Source: Acidobacteriota bacterium
Lineage (GTDB): Bacteria; Acidobacteriota; CAIWXX01
Assembly (NCBI GenBank): GCA_040755995.1
Contig: JBFMAF010000032.1
Coordinates: 257,306-321,305, forward strand
Length of the DNA: 64,000 nt
Direction of reading: 5' to 3'
Below the pieces are notes generated by a model. It was not told where the DNA came from, ran no database searches, and saw nothing but the letters and a program-made list of their open reading frames with translations. The position numbers and the translations under genes were made by a program. Of this stretch, positions 60,210 through 64,000 are shown piece after piece. The stretch's first letter is position 1. Every line of letters starts with the position of its first letter.

Positions 60210-61019
60210 ATGTCATTGACGAGGTTTCTCGGAGTTGTGTTCGCCGCAGCCGGCATGGCGACTGCCAGCGCCAGCCCGCTTGTTGCCGAGCCGCTAGATG
60301 CGACGGAGGTGGTGAACCGGATGCACAAGGCGTTCTTCTATCAGGGAGAGAGCCTGCGCGCCCGCGTCAAGATGACACTATCGAGCGCGGATGTGAAGCA
60401 GCGGATTCGCGAGCTCGTCATGCTGCGGCTCAACATGCCTCTGGCCGGCGAGCAGCGGTATTTCATGTATTTCCACTCTCCCGGGGACGTTCGAGGGATG
60501 AGCTTCCTGGTCTACAAGTACCCGGCCAAGGAAGACGATCGGTGGCTGTTCATTCCAGCGCTGAGCCTGGTGCAGCGCGTTGCCGCGAGAGATGCTGGTT
60601 CCAGCTTTGTCGGCTCTGACTTCACTTACGAGGATGTCTCCGGACGAGACTTGGAAGCCGACGAGCACAAACTGTTGCGGGAGGAGGACCACAAGGGCAA
60701 GCCCTGCTTTGTGATTGAGAGCGTGGCGAAAGGAGCCGCGTCGTACAAGAAAAGGATCTCATGGATCGACAAGAGCAGCTACCTCCCGCTCCGGGAGGAG
60801 TACTCCGACGTTCAGGGCAAGGTCTTCAAGGAATTCACCGCAGGTGAGATCCGCGAGGTCGAGGGCATTCCCACGATGATGACACGCACCATGAAGAGTC
60901 TCAAGACAGGACATCAGACGCTCGTGGAGTTCTCCGATGTGCGGTACCGCCTTGCGCTCAAGCCCGATGACTTCGGCGAGCGATCGTTGCGGAATCCACC
61001 CAATAGCTGGATCGAATGA
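60210..61019 (+). CDS. LolA-like outer membrane lipoprotein-sorting protein
   Basis: FHSPGDVRGMSFL, DDRWLFIPAL and SFVGSDFTYED. Confidence 0.88.
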   Translation: MSLTRFLGVVFAAAGMATASASPLVAEPLDATEVVNRMHKAFFYQGESLRARVKMTLSSADVKQRIRELVMLRLNMPLAGEQRYFMYFHSPGDVRGMSFLVYKYPAKEDDRWLFIPALSLVQRVAARDAGSSFVGSDFTYEDVSGRDLEADEHKLLREEDHKGKPCFVIESVAKGAASYKKRISWIDKSSYLPLREEYSDVQGKVFKEFTAGEIREVEGIPTMMTRTMKSLKTGHQTLVEFSDVRYRLALKPDDFGERSLRNPPNSWIE

Positions 61020-62278
61020 GCGCTGTGGTGAGACGCGCAGCCTTGTTGGGCTGCATCATGCTCGCCGGAGAGTCGAGCCTGATCGCGAGTCTCCAATGGC
61101 ACGGATTCGTTTTGGGAAACTACGCGGCTCGCCTAGACGCGCCAAATGGACACAAGCCGGCATCAGGCGATTTCCTTCTGGCCGAGGAAAGATTTCAACT
61201 TAAGATGGCGGCCTCCGCATCGGAAGGCCAGATGCACTGCTTCGTCAAGACCGACCTCGTTCGCGACGAGGTCGACAGCGATGTTTCGGTCGATGTTCGC
61301 GAAGTCTATGTCAGCTTCGCCGAAGGGCCGCTCGATCTCAGCATCGGCCGGCAGATTCACACGTGGGGAGTCGGTGATCTCCTGTTCATCAATGATCTGT
61401 TTCCAAAGGACTACGCCGCGCTTTTCTCGGGCCGGCCGATGGAGTATTTGAAAGTGGGATCGAGCGGCGTCAAGGCCAGCCTCTACGGCACGTCGCTGTC
61501 CCTCGACGTCGTCGTCACACCCTTCTTCGAGGCCGATGTGCTCCCGAGCGCCGATCGATTCTTCCTGTTCGATCCTTTCTCGGGGCTCGTCCCCCGCGTC
61601 GAGGCGAAGCCGCGGCGCGATCTTCAAAACACGGAGATCGCTGCGAGGCTTCGCCGTTCGGTTGCCGGTTTCGACGTGGCGGCGTATGCGTATCGGGGGT
61701 TCTATCGGATCCCTTCGACGCAACCCGACTCGCCCACCACGCCGACGATGGTGTCGCTCGTCTATCCGAAACTTTCGTCGTACGGCGCGAGCGCTCAGGG
61801 CAACGCGCTCGGCGGGGTGCTGAGCATCGAGGCGGGCTATCACGACTCAAGAGAGGACCGCGACGGCTCCAACCCGGTCATCCCCAACTCGCAAACCCGG
61901 TTCCTCATCGGCTACCAGCGCTCCCCCTGGAGCGACACCATCATCGGCTTCCAGTACTATGGAGAGTACATGCAACGCTACCGTCGGTACGAGGCCTCGC
62001 TGCCGGCTGGATTCCCGAAGCAGGATCGACTCCGGCAGGTCCTGACCCTGAGGCTGATGCAGTCGCTGAAGTACCAGACATGGAGAATCTCTCTCTTCAC
62101 GTTCTGGAGCCCGACCGATCACGACTTCTACGCCATCCCCGAGCTGGCACATCGCCTGAGCGATGAGCTCTCTCTGACCCTCGGGGCCAACATTTTCGGC
62201 GGATCGTCCGCGGCTACCTTCTTCGGCCAGCTCAGCCACAACGACAACCTGTACTTCGCAGCTCGCTACGATTTCTGA
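61016..62278 (+). CDS. Outer-membrane beta-barrel protein (DUF1302-like)
   Basis: Signal peptide, REVYV, IGRQIHTWGVGD, FFGQL and terminal ARYDF. Confidence 0.8.
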   Translation: MSAVVRRAALLGCIMLAGESSLIASLQWHGFVLGNYAARLDAPNGHKPASGDFLLAEERFQLKMAASASEGQMHCFVKTDLVRDEVDSDVSVDVREVYVSFAEGPLDLSIGRQIHTWGVGDLLFINDLFPKDYAALFSGRPMEYLKVGSSGVKASLYGTSLSLDVVVTPFFEADVLPSADRFFLFDPFSGLVPRVEAKPRRDLQNTEIAARLRRSVAGFDVAAYAYRGFYRIPSTQPDSPTTPTMVSLVYPKLSSYGASAQGNALGGVLSIEAGYHDSREDRDGSNPVIPNSQTRFLIGYQRSPWSDTIIGFQYYGEYMQRYRRYEASLPAGFPKQDRLRQVLTLRLMQSLKYQTWRISLFTFWSPTDHDFYAIPELAHRLSDELSLTLGANIFGGSSAATFFGQLSHNDNLYFAARYDF

Positions 62279-62548
62279 ACGATTCGCGCAAGCGAGGCGT
62301 GGCAGGCTGCCGCGTCCCGCCATTCGCCATGTGGGCGAGATGTCGTCGGGCCCCCCCACTTCCTCTGGTTCCCCTGGGCGAGGCGGGCAGAGGAAGCTCA
62401 GATCGGTCTCTCATCACGCGAGCAGTCTTGGGGAGTGCGGCAACGCACGATGGTAGCTGAGAGCTGCTGCGAGACCGCGGTTCCGCATCATCGTGTGGTC
62501 CGAAGGCCGGTGCAGGGACAGCAGTCGGCGGGAGGCAGCACAACCAAC

Positions 62549-62577
62549 TTGACTGCGGCGCTCCGGTGTCCTACATT
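62549..62577 (+). promoter_or_regulatory. Sigma70-type promoter facing the cassette array
   Basis: TTGACT-17 bp-TACATT. Confidence 0.55.
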
Positions 62578-62632
62578 CTCGTATACCTGCGGGGATTGTC
62601 TCGTGAAGGAAGACAGGCGGAGAGGATAGATC

Positions 62633-62691
62633 GTCGAACCACGGCTTTCAGCGTATGCGCTAGCGCGCGCCGCTGAAGCCGAACGTTGGGG
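62633..62691 (+). mobile_element. Integron attC site 1
   Basis: GTCGAAC-cacggctttcagcg...cgctgaagccg-aac-GTTGGGG; arms pair with one extra base. Confidence 0.85.
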
Positions 62692-62699
62692 ACACGAGG

Positions 62700-63248
62700 A
62701 TGAAGACTTCAATCGCCCTGATTCTGCTCACATCGTGCGCGCTGGCTCAGGCTGAGGATATCCGAGTGCAGCAGATTCCCGTGAAGCGTATCGCCGGGGT
62801 TCTGCCAAGAGCCTGGTTCATCGAATCCGTGGACACGGCGGCAACCGTGTCCGGGTGGGACAGACTCCAAGGCTCCCGAGGGATTAGGATCATCATATCG
62901 CGACACCCCTACGATCTCACACTAGCTCCGACGAAGGCCGGCGGACTCTCAGTCGACATCCCGCAAGTCGTTCTCTACGTCTTCCCATCGGACTTCGAAG
63001 GGAAGCATGTGAACAACTCCTCAATCTTCCGAGCAGGGAAGGTCATTCCGTCAGACACGACAGCATTCGCGGATCGCGCCGTGCTGATCATGGACAAATT
63101 CACGAAGGTCGGGCAGTGGTATGTCTTTCACAACGCTCCGTCGTTCTCCGATTGGAGGAATCCCGTCGGAGACATGACGGAAGCAATGAAGGAAATCCCC
63201 AACCAGGGGCTATTGCATACGCCGCTACGCGGCGCCGCTGAGCCCTAA
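62700..63248 (+). CDS. Gene cassette: secreted hypothetical protein
   Basis: Signal peptide; starts 8 bp after attC1 and reads into attC2. Confidence 0.8.
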   Translation: MKTSIALILLTSCALAQAEDIRVQQIPVKRIAGVLPRAWFIESVDTAATVSGWDRLQGSRGIRIIISRHPYDLTLAPTKAGGLSVDIPQVVLYVFPSDFEGKHVNNSSIFRAGKVIPSDTTAFADRAVLIMDKFTKVGQWYVFHNAPSFSDWRNPVGDMTEAMKEIPNQGLLHTPLRGAAEP

Positions 63249-63256
63249 CGTTCGGC
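63197..63256 (+). mobile_element. Integron attC site 2
   Basis: CCCCAAC-caggggct...cgccgctacgcggcg...gagccct-aac-GTTCGGC. Confidence 0.8.
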
Positions 63257-63267
63257 ACAGGAGAAAG

Positions 63268-63768
63268 ATGAGAGCAACTCTCGCCATGTTGATCCTCATG
63301 GGAGGTATATGCCCGGCTTCCGAAGAGAAGCCGATGATCCCGGTAGGTTTCCACGCCCAAGCAGAACTCGCCGTATTCAAGAGCGGCAAGCCCCTCCTCA
63401 TGAGTCTCACGCTCACCAACGATTCATCCAGACCGATTCGTTTCACAACTTTCTCGACCGAACCCAATGAATGGAACGGCGAGACCTTCAACATCAGCCT
63501 TGTTGATGTCCACAGGATCGGAGAGAGGCGGAATCTGTGCTTGGCCCGTCCCGAGTTGAGAGTCCCGTTGACCGTATCGGGCCCCGGCTCACATTCGATC
63601 CAGCCAGGGAGGAATCTTCGCGTCACGATCGATACGAGCAAATGGAGAATAGACGGGGATTGGATCAAAGGAGAATACGCCCTGGTTTTCAGAATGGACA
63701 ACATCACGGTTGAGGACAAGATCAGCATATCGATACTAAGTGAGCCCGTCCACGTAATCGTACAATGA
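63268..63768 (+). CDS. Gene cassette: secreted beta-sandwich-like hypothetical protein
   Basis: Signal peptide, AGGAG RBS and lower GC; lies between attC2 and attC3. Confidence 0.8.
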   Translation: MRATLAMLILMGGICPASEEKPMIPVGFHAQAELAVFKSGKPLLMSLTLTNDSSRPIRFTTFSTEPNEWNGETFNISLVDVHRIGERRNLCLARPELRVPLTVSGPGSHSIQPGRNLRVTIDTSKWRIDGDWIKGEYALVFRMDNITVEDKISISILSEPVHVIVQ

Positions 63769-63773
63769 AGAAT

Positions 63774-63852
63774 GCCGAACCAACAGATCCAGGTGACAAG
63801 CAATAGCCTCTCGGACACGACTATTGCTTGCCCCTGATCTGAGTCGTTGGGC
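63774..63852 (+). mobile_element. Integron attC site 3
   Basis: GCCGAAC-caacagatccagg..caagcaatag...ctattgcttg..cctgatctg-agtc-GTTGGGC. Confidence 0.88.
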
Positions 63853-63904
63853 GGGCCCGGCTTTGCAGGTGGCGGAACGCCAGCGATCCTCTAAGGAGCA
63901 ATCG

Positions 63905-64000
63905 ATGAAACAATTGAAGGGGTTGGCAGTGCTTCTGACGGGCGGGTCCCGCGGTATCGGGCCAATAGTGGCTGAGGCTCTGGCAAAGCGAGGTGCCAAC
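63905..64000 (+). CDS. SDR family oxidoreductase (runs off the window; not in the ORF track)
   Basis: TAAGGAG RBS; MKQLKGLAVLLTGGSRGIGPIVAEALAKRGAN contains TGxxxGIG. Confidence 0.85.
   Translation, partial: MKQLKGLAVLLTGGSRGIGPIVAEALAKRGAN

Overview
GC-rich bacterial chromosomal window. The Oar-like TonB-dependent receptor and overall gene style suggest an Acidobacteriota-like anaerobe or facultative anaerobe (inference only). Backbone genes are an algI/algJ-type O-acetylation operon, rbfA-nrnA-truB-uvrB-uvrC, folK, ugd, CDF and OPT transporters, and a MacAB-type ABC exporter. Most notable: (1) an integron cassette array at 62.6-64 kb with three attC sites whose core sites match across each cassette, and no integrase in view; (2) a probable decayed second integron at 26.3-27.8 kb; (3) an ArsR-rhodanese/DsrE/OsmC operon fused to an MMPL + LolA-like + beta-barrel trio; (4) a monoheme cytochrome + DUF3373-like barrel + octaheme cytochrome locus with a sigma54 two-component system; (5) many intergenic 7- and 8-bp tandem repeat arrays, often as inverted pairs; (6) four toxin-antitoxin loci, two with destroyed toxins; (7) a UvrC lacking its HhH tail and an AsnB-like enzyme with a dead glutaminase domain. 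No rRNA, tRNA or CRISPR array was recognised. All family calls come from reading motifs by eye, not from database searches.
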